Assembly (NCBI GenBank): GCA_950097015.1
Contig: CATNEN010000032.1
Coordinates: 1,736,001-1,800,000 of the forward strand
Length of the DNA stretch: 64,000 nucleotides
Reading direction: 5' to 3'
DNA from: Macrostomum hystrix
Taxonomy: Eukaryota > Animalia > Platyhelminthes
The position numbers and the translations under genes are program-made. The notes under the pieces are model-generated. The model had not been told where the DNA came from. It saw nothing but the letters and a program-made list of their open reading frames with translations, and did no database searches. Below, piece by piece: positions 48,001 through 57,740 of this stretch; the first letter of the stretch is position 1, and each line of letters opens with the position of its first letter.

Positions 48001-51000
48001 GCTGCTTGCCTGACTCTGTATGAGGTGGGCAGCTTTAAAAATAACAGTGTGCGGCCCATCGCAAAGGAGTTTTAAGCAAAAATAATGGTGTGCATTGAAA
48101 TTTCACCAGGTCAGAAGAAATGTAATTTAGGAATGATGAGCTTTTAGAACTAATAAATGAAGCTATATCGCTCAATGTTGGTGATTAAAGCCAGCCCTTA
48201 AGATGAGCTAGCGCTGAACTTTAAGTAGACTTACAAACTGGGCAGAGATCAGTGAGTTAATTTTAGTCTGCTTGGCTTTCGCATTGAATTCGCGTTTAAG
48301 ATACTGGCCGTAGTAGCGCACATACTTCATTGAGACTTCTGAAAGTAACATGCTTGAGTGCTACAAAAACTCCGCTATACATACATGGAGCCTGAGGGAC
48401 ACATCGCAAAAATGTTTAAACAGCTGGAAGCAAGTTTTTGTTTACTAACCGTGAGATTTAAAGTAGTTACACTAGAAATTCTTCTTTTTTAGGAATTATT
48501 TTTTAACTTTTGTACTTTTTAACTCCTGTGTGTGCACCTCTGTGTACAACTCCAATAGAGTGAGGATGAATACAGACTGAGTGTACATTTTCAGTGGAGT
48601 GAGGTTGGATGCAGACTGACTGTACACTTTCAGTGGAGTGAGGTTGGATGCAGACTGAGTGTACACTTTCAGTGGAGTGAGGTTGGATGCAGACTGAGTG
48701 TACACTTTCAGCAGAGTGAGGTTGGATGCAGACTGAGTGCACACTTTCAGTGGAGTGAGGTTGGATGCAGACTGAGTGTACACTTTCAGTGGAGTGAGGT
48801 TGGCTGCAGACTGAGTGTACACTTTCAGTGGAGTGAGGTTGGATGCAGACTGAGTGTACACTTTCAGTGGAGTGAGGTTGGATGCAGACTGAGTGTACAC
48901 TTTCAGTGGAGTGAGGTTGGATGCAGACTGAGTGTACACTTTCAGTGGAGTGAGGTTGGATGCAGACTGAGTGTACACTTTCAGTGGAGTGAGGTTGGCT
49001 GCAGACTGAGTGTACACTTTCAGCAGAGTGAGGTTGGATGCAGACTGAGTGTACACTTTTAGCAGAGTGAGGTTGGATGCAGACTGAGTGTACACTTTCA
49101 GTGGAGTGAGGTTGGATGCAGACTGAGTGTACACTTTTAGCAGAGTGAGGTTGGATGCAGACTGAGTGTACACTTTCAGTGGAGTGAGGTTTGCTGCAGA
49201 CTGAGTGTACACTTTCAGCAGAGTGAGGTTGGATGCAGACTGAGTGTACACTTTCAGTGGAGTGAGGTTTGCTGCAGACTGAGTGTACACTTTCAGCAGA
49301 GTGAGGTTGGATGCAGACTGAGTGTACACTTTTAGCAGAGTGAGGTTGGATGCAGACTGAGTGTACACTTTCAGTGGAGTGAGGTTTGCTGCAGACTGAG
49401 TGTACACTTTTAGCAGAGTGAGGTTGGCTGCAGACTGAGTGTACACTTTCTGTGGAGTGAGGTTGGCTGCAGACTGAGTGTACACTTTCAGTGGAGTGAG
49501 GTTGGCTGCAGACTGAGTGTACACTTTCAGTGGAGTGAGGTTGGATGCAGACTGAGTGTACACTTTCAGTGGAGTGAGGTTGGATGCAGACTGAGTGTAC
49601 ACTTTCAGTGGAGTGAGGTTGGATGCAGACTGAGTGTACACTTTCAGTGGAGTGAGGTTGGCTGCAGACTGAGTGTACACTTTCAGTGGAGTGAGGTTGG
49701 ATGCAGACTGAGTGTACACTTTCAGTGGAGTGAGGTTGGATGCAGACTGAGTGTACACTTTCTGTGGAGTGAGGTTGGCTGCAGACTGAGTGTACACTTT
49801 CAGTGGAGTGAGGTTGGATGCAGACTGAGTGTACACTTTTAGCAGAGTGAGGTTGGATGCAGACTGAGTGTACACTTTCTGTGGAGTGAGGTTGGATGCA
49901 GACTGAGTGTACACTTTCAGTGGAGTGAGGTTGGCTGCAGACTGAGTGTACACTTTCAGTGGAGTGAGGTTGGATCCAGACTGAGTGTACACTTTCAGCG
50001 GAGTGAATTGGAATACAGACTGAGTGCACATTTTTAATGGAGTGCCAATGTATCTGAATGGTATTAGAAGATAAGACGAGCTAGTACTCACAGTCTGTGT
50101 GATAATTAGAGAGTTCAGTTTAGTTCGCTTGGCCTTGTTATTAAAATCGCGCCTAAGATACTGGCGATACCAGCTGCGCAAATATTTAGCGCTATTAACT
50201 GAAAGCAAATAACTATAATTGAAATTTTTTCAAAAGAACCTCTATAATCTGAACGGCGCAGAGGAACTCATCGCAAAATATCAGTCACGATAATATCAGT
50301 AAGTACAGTAAGTGTGCATCTAGACTGAATGCTATTACGTCGTTGTGACAGTTCGTTAGAAATGCGTAATTTCGCGGCCTGGTGGAGACTGAGAATAGAG
50401 GGGTTAGTCTGGTTAATCTACACTGGGAGTGAGGGGGTTAGTCTGGCCGATGTACACTGGGAGTAAGGGGGTTAGTCTGGCTGATGTACACTGGGAGTAA
50501 GGGGGTTAGTCTGGCTGATGTACACTAGGAGTGAGGGGGTTAGTCTGGTTAATGTACACTGGGAGTGAGGGGGTTAGTCTGGCTGATGTACACTGGGAGT
50601 AAGGGGGTTAGTCTGGCTGATGTACACTGGGAGTAAGGGGGTTAGTCTGTCTGATGTACACAATGAGCGTGGGAGGTTAGTCTGGCTGATGTACACTGGG
50701 AGTAAGGGGGTTAGTCTGGCTGATGTACACAATGAGCGTGGGAGGTTAGTGTGACTGATGTACACTGGGAGTAAGGGGGTTAGTCTGGCTGATGTACACT
50801 ATGAGCGTGGGAGGTTAGTCTGGCTGATGTACACTATGAGCGTGGGAGGTTAGTCTGGCTGATGTACACTATGAGCGTGGGAGGTTAGTCTGGCTGATGT
50901 ACACTGGGAGTAAGGGGGTTAGTCTGGCTGATGTACACTGGGAGTAAGGGGGTTAGTCTGGCTGATGTACACTATGAGCGTGGGAGGTTAGTCTGGCTGA

Positions 51001-54000
51001 TGTACACTGGGAGTAAGGGGGTTAGTCTGGCTGATGTACACTGGGAGTAAGGGGGTTAGTCTGGCTGATGTACACTAGGAGTGAGGGGGTTAGTCTGGTT
51101 AATGTACACTGGGAGTGAGGGGGTTAGTCTGGCTGATGTACACTGGGAGTAAGGGGGTTAGTCTGGCTGATGTACACTAGGAGTGAGGGGGTTAGTCTGG
51201 TTAATGTACACTGGGAGTGAGGGGGTTAGTCTGGCTGATGTACACTGGGAGTAAGGGGGTTAGTCTGTCTGATGTACACTGGGAGTAAGGGGGTTAGTCT
51301 GGCTTGCTTAAGCGAATCTAGAACGCTCTCATCAGCGGTACAGCACTCACAGTCTGCAAGCTGATCAGTGAGGAAATCTTTGACTGATCGAATTTGGCTC
51401 TGAAGCTACGCTTTAGAAACTGGGTGTACCAGATCCGCAGATATTTAAATGAAGCAGCTAAAAATGGCAAGTTTTGCAGACGTTATTAAAAATAGGAGAA
51501 TAACGGACAAAAAACTTGAGAACTGCGCGGACGAGTTGCAAGGCCAAAGTAGAAAATGCCCCTACATTAACTTACAAGAGTGGCTGAAATGCTAAAGTTT
51601 GGCTTTAGCCGACGCAGATAAGGATAGCGCCAGTTTTTAGAATAGTGCGGCTTCAAATAGCGATGACAGGAGGCTAGAAAGTTGAGCAAAAGCATCATTT
51701 ATAGACTCAACTAGCAATAACACAGAGGGCTGGCCGGATAGCAAAGAGCAACTTTAATTCGGAGAATTTTTCTCCTTGGCAAGTGTGAACCCCAATGTCC
51801 TAGAATTACTAACCATTATTTTTGTAAACAATTTTGCACTATCAGATTTGTAAGACTTGCGCTTGTGATCTCGTTTTAACACGCTGTCAAAGTAGATTCT
51901 AAAGTAGAGCGTCATCATTCCTATGCAATTATTCAGATTAGAATGCAATGTGCAATTCATACTACTGCACAAAGTAGAGGTTCATTAAAACAAATGCAAG
52001 CTAGCAAAGGAGTTGCAGTGGCTTTCTCGCATTAACTCAAAACATTTCTTACTATGATTAACTAACAGCATACAAAGTAAGAAGTTATGAAAATATTGAT
52101 TCAAAATCCTTCGACTTCGTGTCCAACATTTGGTACTGGGGTTTAATTGGTTCTTGGATTTGGTACTGGTGCTTAATTGGTACTTAAATTTGGTACTGGG
52201 ATTTGATTATTGTGGTTCGCTACTAAGGTTATGTACCAATCCTTTTTTATTTGGTACTGGGGTTTAATTGGTTCTTGGATTTGGTACTGGTGCTTAATTG
52301 GTACTTAAATTTGGTACTGGGATTTGATTATTGTGGTTCGCTACTAAGGTTATGTACCAATCCTTTTTTATTTGGTACTGGGGTTTAATTGGTTCTTGGA
52401 TTTGGTACTGGTGCTAATTGGTACTTAAATTTGGTACTGGGATTTGATTATTGTGGTTCGCTACTAAGGTTATGTACCAATCCTTTTTTATTTGGTACTG
52501 GGGTTTAATTGGTTCTTGGATTTGGTACTGGTGCTAATTGGTACTTAAATTTGGTACTGGGATTTGATTATTGTGGTTCGCTACTAAGGTTATGTACCAA
52601 TCCTTTTTTATTTGGTACTGGGGTTTAATTTGTTCTTGGATTTGGTACTGGTGCTAATTGGTACTTAAATTTGGTACTGGGATTTGATTATTGTGGTTCG
52701 CTACTAAGGTTATGTACCAATCCTTTTTTATTTGGTACTGGGGTTTAATTTGTTCTTGGATTTGGTACTGGTGCTAATTGGTACTTAAATTTGGTACTGG
52801 GATTTGATTATTGTGGTTCGCTACTAAGGTTATGTACCAATCCTTTTTTATTTGGTACTGGGGTTTAATTGGTTCTTGAATTTGGTACTGGTGCTTAATT
52901 GGTACTTAAATTTGGTACTGGGATTTGATTATTGTGGTTCGCTACTAAGGTTCTGTACCAATCCTTTTTTATTTGGTACTGGGGTTTAATTTGTTCTTGG
53001 ATTTGGTACTGGTGCTAATTGGTACTTAAATTTGGTACTGGGATTTGATTATTGTGGTTCGCTACTAAGGTTATGTACCAATCCTTTTTTATTTGGTACT
53101 GGGGTTTAATTGGTTCTTGAATTTGGTACTGGTGCTTAATTGGTACTTAAATTTGGTACTGGGATTTGATTATTGTGGTTCGCTACTAAGGTTCTGTACC
53201 AATCCTTTTTATTTGGTACTGGGGTTTAATTGGTTCTTGGATTTGGTACTGGTGCTTAATTGGTACTTAAATTTGGTACTGGGATTTGATTATTGTGGTT
53301 CGCTACTAAGATTATGTACCAATCCTTTTTTATTTGGTACTGGGGTTTTGAAACTGGAGATTTTGGTACAAGGACATTGGTATTTGGTCTTGGTCTTGAT
53401 ACTAGGATTTAGTACAGGGAGAATCTTAGAGATTCGGTACAGTATGATTTTATTTTAGTACTCTGGTAATTAGATTTTGCACTATAATTTAGGTATACTA
53501 GGTCTCCGTTACAAGAAGGTTTCGGGTGCAGAATTTTAAATCTAGTGCTTAAAATCAGAAAAAATGAGTATGATAGCACAAGAGTAAACATACAGACAGG
53601 AATCTCTGATTTACCCGCATCTGCTGCAACAGTTTGGCATTGCCATCCTTGACAACTTTTAAGTTGTTATCTCGTTTTAATACGCTGTAGAAGTAAATCT
53701 TAAAGTAGCGATCCATCTTAGCTGATAATTTTAAGGATTTATTAGAAGATAGAAAAAAACTGCGTTTTAGCTATTTGCTGGCGGGTATGGCATTTCTAAG
53801 AGAGTCTGATTTCAGAGAGTGCTGCAGTGGCTATCATAAATGTCATCCATTTTTTGAAGCATAAACCACACACTTAAGAACAAAAGTCTAGAAAAGGATA
53901 GTTAATCGAGGCATGTGGTGAGCTTCTTACCAGATTACTGGTGACAATTCTGGCCATCCTAGCAGCATCCTCGAACTTTTTATTAGTAGGCTTCAGGGTG

Positions 54001-55743
54001 GACTTGTAGTAGATGCTCAGGTAGTGCTTCATGGCACTGTCTGTGCGCATAAGGCCGATAGTTTTGTCAAGCAACATGTCAAGGCACTCACAATGCGCCT
54101 AATATTCCACTAACTTCAGCCGCTTTCAGGCGAAATTGTGTCAAAAAGTCCTATTTTTTTCTATATAAATTTTAACAGAGCGAACACGCTAATTAGTTGA
54201 TTAAATATCATATTTGGCAGGTTTTCTCAGCTTTCAACCGCATCAGAAGGGCAGCTGAATGTCAGTTATGATCGCTCATTGATTTAAAAAAGCAGACTTA
54301 AAAAATTGGTATCGATAAACACAATAGAAATCCCGCCTGAAGCCACACTGAATTAAATAAATTTAAATTAAAGCTGCGAGCGATCAGCTAACCAACCGGT
54401 GCTTTATTAACTTTAACCTAGGCGAATGTGTAAAAACAATTTAGTGACATCTTTGCGATGGCCCTGCAACGCCCTCTGATAACAAATAACCTTAAATGAC
54501 TAATGAATAGTGCGACAATTAACTCCTCCTTTCGGAGGACTTTTCTGCTTTTATAAAATAGCAGATAATTGATCTTGAAAAATTGGGATTAAACTCACTG
54601 CGCCACGCTTCGACATTGGCTGGTCTCTGCCGGCCCAGCGACAGGGCCTTGTCAATCACCCTATTGGCTGCCAGAACGTTGGCTCTGGCTGAATACGGGA
54701 GGGCGAAGTCGAACACATTGCTCCCAGTTTCTTCTTTTAGCACCCGGTAGGCGCGTCGAAGGATTCCCTTCCATTCGTTGGACAGTTCGGAGGAGCTGCC
54801 TTCCTCGGCGCCGCCGCTGACGCCAGCACCAGAGGAGCGACCACCGGCGCCAGGCTGTCTGTTCGAGAACATGGACGAGTTTCCTGAGCCGGACTGGTCA
54901 AACATAATATCCGTCTCCATTAGAACGCAATCGTCGTCCGAGTCGTTTATTGTGGCCTCTAATTTCATAGCTGCCGCTGCTGACGATGCTGACGCCGAAG
55001 CGTTTGAGGACTGCTGCTGTTGGTGCTTTTCAGATTTCTCTGACTTAGAGGCCGGAGTGTGCTGGTGATGATCAGCGAAGGCCGGCGGAGGCGGTGGGCA
55101 CTTTAAATGAAACATGAAAGAGAGTCAGATCAGCTTAGCTTAGACGCAGTCAGATCACATTAGATAAGGAATCTAATCCCATTGGATAAGGAATCTAATC
55201 CCATTGGATAAGGAATCTAATACCATTTGATAAGGAATCTAATCCCATTGGATAAGGAATCTAATCCCATTAGATAAGGAGTCTAATCCCATTAGATAAG
55301 GAATCTAATCCCATTAGATAAGGAATCTAATCCCATTAGATAAGAAATATAATCCCATTAGATAAGGAATCTAATCCCATAAGATAAGGAATCTAATCCG
55401 ATTAGATAAGGAATCTAATCCCATTAGATAAGGAATCTAATCCCATTAGATAAGCAATCTAATCCCATTAGATAAGGAATCAGGTTCTACTCATCGAGCT
55501 CACCATGGCGTGCTCGTCAGCGACGCTCGCCAGTCGTTGCACGGCGGGATCCAGGACATCCATGAGGTGACCGTGCAGCTGAGCCACAATACGAAAGGCC
55601 ATGAGGAGATCTCTGACAGCCATATTGTCTATGAGCATAGTGGCACTGGAGATGGTGCACTCAAACATGGTCAGCGGTGAGAAGGTGCCGGCGCCGCTTG
55701 CAGACCCGAGCTGCGACGGCATGGAGAAAGCGGTGGACGCCAT
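45035..55743 (-). CDS. Paralogue B, C14orf93-like: exon 1 55743-55504, exon 2 55100-54599, [one of 9 cassette exons], last exon 45463-45035
   Basis: ATG|gtgagc to ttaaag|TGC (phase 0); exon 2 ends TGG CGC A|gtgagt (phase 1); last exon aaacag|AAG CTC AAC (phase 0) KLNRRQK..YTSSDEE..WES..LD..SERPPP..PWA; homologous to A and C. Confidence 0.85.
45680..46490. repeat. 28-bp minisatellite (CTGAAGCTACCAGAATGTCTGGGAGACA)n between B9 and the last exon
   Basis: Directly visible. Confidence 0.93.
46571..46677 (-). CDS. Cassette exon B9 (107 nt): ILSVKYLRNWYTQRLRRDFVAKSRKNKFNSMILIQT
   Basis: ttttcag|TT...ACT|gtgagt; 3n+2; homologous to B5-B8. Confidence 0.85.
46758..46790 (-). promoter_or_regulatory. 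Selector sequence for B9
   Basis: Plus strand ATCGAGAGCGACGTTGCAGACCCATGGCGATAG resembles the docking transcript ATCAGAGGGCGTTGCAGGGCCATCGCAAAG, so it is complementary to it in the pre-mRNA. Confidence 0.75.
46875..47810. repeat. 32-bp minisatellite between B8 and B9
   Basis: (GGGGTGGGATCTGTTGATGGCGGGTGTACATT)n with variants. Confidence 0.92.
47864..47970 (-). CDS. Cassette exon B8 (107 nt): TNAGKYMRNWYSQNLKRDFQSKARQNRLNSLIFVQS
   Basis: gtttcag|CA...TCC|gtgagt; 3n+2. Confidence 0.85.
48053..48066 (-). promoter_or_regulatory. Selector sequence for B8
   Basis: Plus strand GGCCCATCGCAAAG vs docking GGGCCATCGCAAAG. Confidence 0.7.
48235..48338 (-). CDS. Cassette exon B7 (104 nt): KVSMKYVRYYGQYLKREFNAKAKQTKINSLISAQF
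   Basis: ctttcag|AA...TTT|gtaagt; 3n+2. Confidence 0.85.
48392..48411 (-). promoter_or_regulatory. Selector sequence for B7
   Basis: Plus strand CTGAGGGACACATCGCAAAA matches both ends of the docking site. Confidence 0.65.
48560..50030. repeat. 39-bp minisatellite between B6 and B7
   Basis: About 37 units (GAGTGAGGTTGGATGCAGACTGAGTGTACACTTTCAGTG). Confidence 0.95.
50092..50198 (-). CDS. Cassette exon B6 (107 nt): INSAKYLRSWYRQYLRRDFNNKAKRTKLNSLIITQT
   Basis: gctttcag|TT...ACT|gtgagt; 3n+2. Confidence 0.85.
50259..50278 (-). promoter_or_regulatory. Selector sequence for B6
   Basis: Plus strand CAGAGGAACTCATCGCAAAA matches both ends of the docking site. Confidence 0.65.
50400..51302. repeat. 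34-bp minisatellite between B5 and B6
   Basis: (GGGGGTTAGTCTGGCTGATGTACACTGGGAGTAA)n with variants. Confidence 0.93.
51351..51457 (-). CDS. Cassette exon B5 (107 nt): TASFKYLRIWYTQFLKRSFRAKFDQSKISSLISLQT
   Basis: tttttag|CT...ACT|gtgagt; 3n+2. Confidence 0.85.
51535..51546 (-). promoter_or_regulatory. Selector sequence for B5
   Basis: Plus strand GTTGCAAGGCCA vs docking GTTGCAGGGCCA (12 bp with one G-U pair). Confidence 0.62.
51576..51673 (-). CDS. Cassette exon B4 (98 nt): TSCHRYLKPHYSKNWRYPYLRRLKPNFSISATL
   Basis: tttctag|CC...CTT|gtaagt; 3n+2; RYL..Y motif; more divergent. Confidence 0.65.
51723..51746 (-). promoter_or_regulatory. Selector sequence for B4
   Basis: Plus strand CAGAGGGC...ATAGCAAAG matches both ends of the docking site. 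Confidence 0.6.
51814..51920 (-). CDS. Cassette exon B3 (107 nt): RMMTLYFRIYFDSVLKRDHKRKSYKSDSAKLFTKIM
   Basis: tgcatag|GA...ATG|gttagt; 3n+2; close to B2. Confidence 0.8.
52012..52022 (-). promoter_or_regulatory. Selector sequence for B3 (short)
   Basis: Plus strand GTTGCAGTGGC vs docking GTTGCAGGGC. Confidence 0.45.
52125..53350. repeat. ~120-bp composite tandem repeat (about 10 units, internal TTTGGTACTGG subrepeats) between B2 and B3
   Basis: Sequence lines recur every 120 nt (52381, 52501, 52621, 52741). Confidence 0.93.
53615..53721 (-). CDS. Cassette exon B2 (107 nt): TKMDRYFKIYFYSVLKRDNNLKVVKDGNAKLLQQMR
   Basis: ttatcag|CT...CGG|gtaaat; 3n+2. Confidence 0.8.
53812..53840 (-). promoter_or_regulatory. 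Selector sequence for B2
   Basis: Plus strand TCAGAGAGTGCTGCAGTGGCTATCATAAA; in the pre-mRNA pairs along nearly the whole docking site (3 G-U, 3 mismatches, 1 bulge). Confidence 0.75.
53931..54040 (-). CDS. Cassette exon B1 (110 nt): NSAMKHYLSIYYKSTLKPTNKKFEDAARMARIVTSNL
   Basis: gcacag|AC...CTG|gtaaga; 3n+2; shares YL..YY/WY..TLKPT with the single exon of paralogue C. Confidence 0.82.
54451..54480 (-). promoter_or_regulatory. Docking site for mutually exclusive splicing of paralogue B (pre-mRNA AUCAGAGGGCGUUGCAGGGCCAUCGCAAAG)
   Basis: About 120 nt downstream of the exon 2 donor; complementary to sequences 50-120 nt upstream of B2-B9. Confidence 0.78.
55160..55480. repeat. 22-bp minisatellite in intron 1 of paralogue B (GATAAGGAATCTAATCCCATTA)n
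   Basis: About 14 units. Confidence 0.93.
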
Positions 55744-56949
55744 AGGGTGATGCTGGTGCAACGATCAACTGTTTCGATTCGGATAGGTTGATTAGGGTGC
55801 AATAAAGAGAGGCGACCTGTTTCTGCAAAAAGACGGATTGGGAATAATTGTAGGAAATGTAGCTTGTGCTTTGCTAACCGACACGTTTTTTATTAAACCT
55901 AACCAATTTTCCAATTTTCGTCTCTACCGATCATCGTTCCTCATGACCTTTCATGTCTCTTTATATCACCTTTCCCATCTTCTCGTAACCTTTTCCCTAT
56001 CCCTATCACCTTTCTCGTCTTTCCACGACTATTTCTCTCTGAACAGAAAAAACTGGCCAAAGCAAACATGCCTTAATAAGGTTACAACCGACAAGTGTTT
56101 ATTAGGCATTCAGGTGAACAATTTTAACAGCTGACGAGACGAACAAGCCAGCAAAGATGCACAGCAACTGCTAATAATCCTAAGTTTCAACAAACAATGC
56201 ATGGAAGCAGTGAAAGGTTGCAAATATACAAATGATATTAATAATAAGTTTACTATTGCTCTCATTAAAAAGGACGAGCTGTTAGACACACGCAATTGTT
56301 AGAAACATTGTTAGACAGGCAGAATCTGTGCAAAAAAAAGACTTGATATTCACATGTTCATAAGCAAATATGAAATAAATTTTACTTAAACAATTAAATA
56401 AATAGATTTAAGAAAAAGCTAGCATGCAGTATAATTCCTTGATTACTCATAAAAGCAGCAAATTAGTAATGAAAATCACAGGTGCTAATGGTATGTTCAA
56501 TAAAAAAACAGATAAATAAGTTGTTCTTGTAAGTCACTTTTTTATACATACAAAAAACTAAAAGTGTTGCTTTGAGTAAAATGAAATAGCATTAAAATAA
56601 GTTAATTAAACAACTCTGCAATATTATATTAGTGACCGCAAGGAAAACATTACATCAATTAATAAATTAATAAAAAGCGAAAACACGACAATACAGGCAA
56701 TTCAATTGTGAAGAAAAAATTAATTTTCAATAAAAACATCAGCCGAAGAAGAGATAATGATTAAAAAAATTATAATTTTTGTACGAAATCGTGTTTGGTA
56801 ACATGCAGACATGATTTTTTACTAGAAATTTAAACTCAAACAATCATTTATTTACACCATTTTATACAACAGAACAGTAAGAAATTAAGCCAAAATGCAA
56901 CACCCTTGCTGGAGCCCTATGAATGGGCGATAATAGTACATAAGACTGA

Positions 56950-57570
56950 CCGATCTAAAATGACTGACGGAGTGGGTCAATGACCGATCTAAAATGACTG
57001 AGGGAGTGGGTCAATGACCGATCTAAAATGACTGAGGGAGTGGGTCAATGACCGATCTAAAATCACTGAGAGAATGGGTGAATGACCGATCTAAAATGAC
57101 TGAGGGAGTGGGTCAATGACCGATCTAAAATGACTGAGGGAGTGGGTCAATGACCGATCTAAAATGACTGAGGGAGTGGGTCAATGACCGATCTAAAATG
57201 ACTGAGAGAATGGGTGAATGACCGATCTAAAATGACTGAGGGAGTGGGTCAATGACCAATCTAAAATGACTGAGAGAATGGGTGAATGACCGATCTAAAA
57301 TGACTGAGGGAGTGGGTCAATGACCGATCTAAAATGACTGAGGGAGTGGGTCAATGACCGATCTAAAATGACTGAGGGAGTGGGTCAATGACCGATCTAA
57401 AATGACTGAGGGAGTGGGTCAATGACCGATCTAAAATGACTGAGGGAGTGGGTCAATGACCGATCTAAAATGACTGAGGGAGTGGGTCAATGACCGATCT
57501 AAAATGACTGAGGGAGTGGGTCAATGACCGATCTAAAATGACTGAGGGAGTGGGTCAATGACCGATTTGA
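56950..57570. repeat. 34-bp minisatellite (TGACCGATCTAAAATGACTGAGGGAGTGGGTCAA)n
   Basis: About 18 units. Confidence 0.94.
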
Positions 57571-57740
57571 AAAACAGAGAGAGTAAATGACCGATACACA
57601 ATGACCGTTGTTGATTATAAGGTGGATCTGACAGGCCGATAACCAAACCGCTAGGAAAAAATTTGAAGAAAGGAGAGAAACATTCTTCACTTTTGGCAAC
57701 TATGCAGTAACAAAAGGCTGGAACAGATTCAGCAAAAAAA

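Noticed and set aside
48496-50208. 570-aa ORF with (PLKVYTQSASNLT)n
   Set aside because: Read-through from cassette exon B6 past its GTGAGT donor into an intronic 39-bp repeat; only 50198-50092 is a plausible exon
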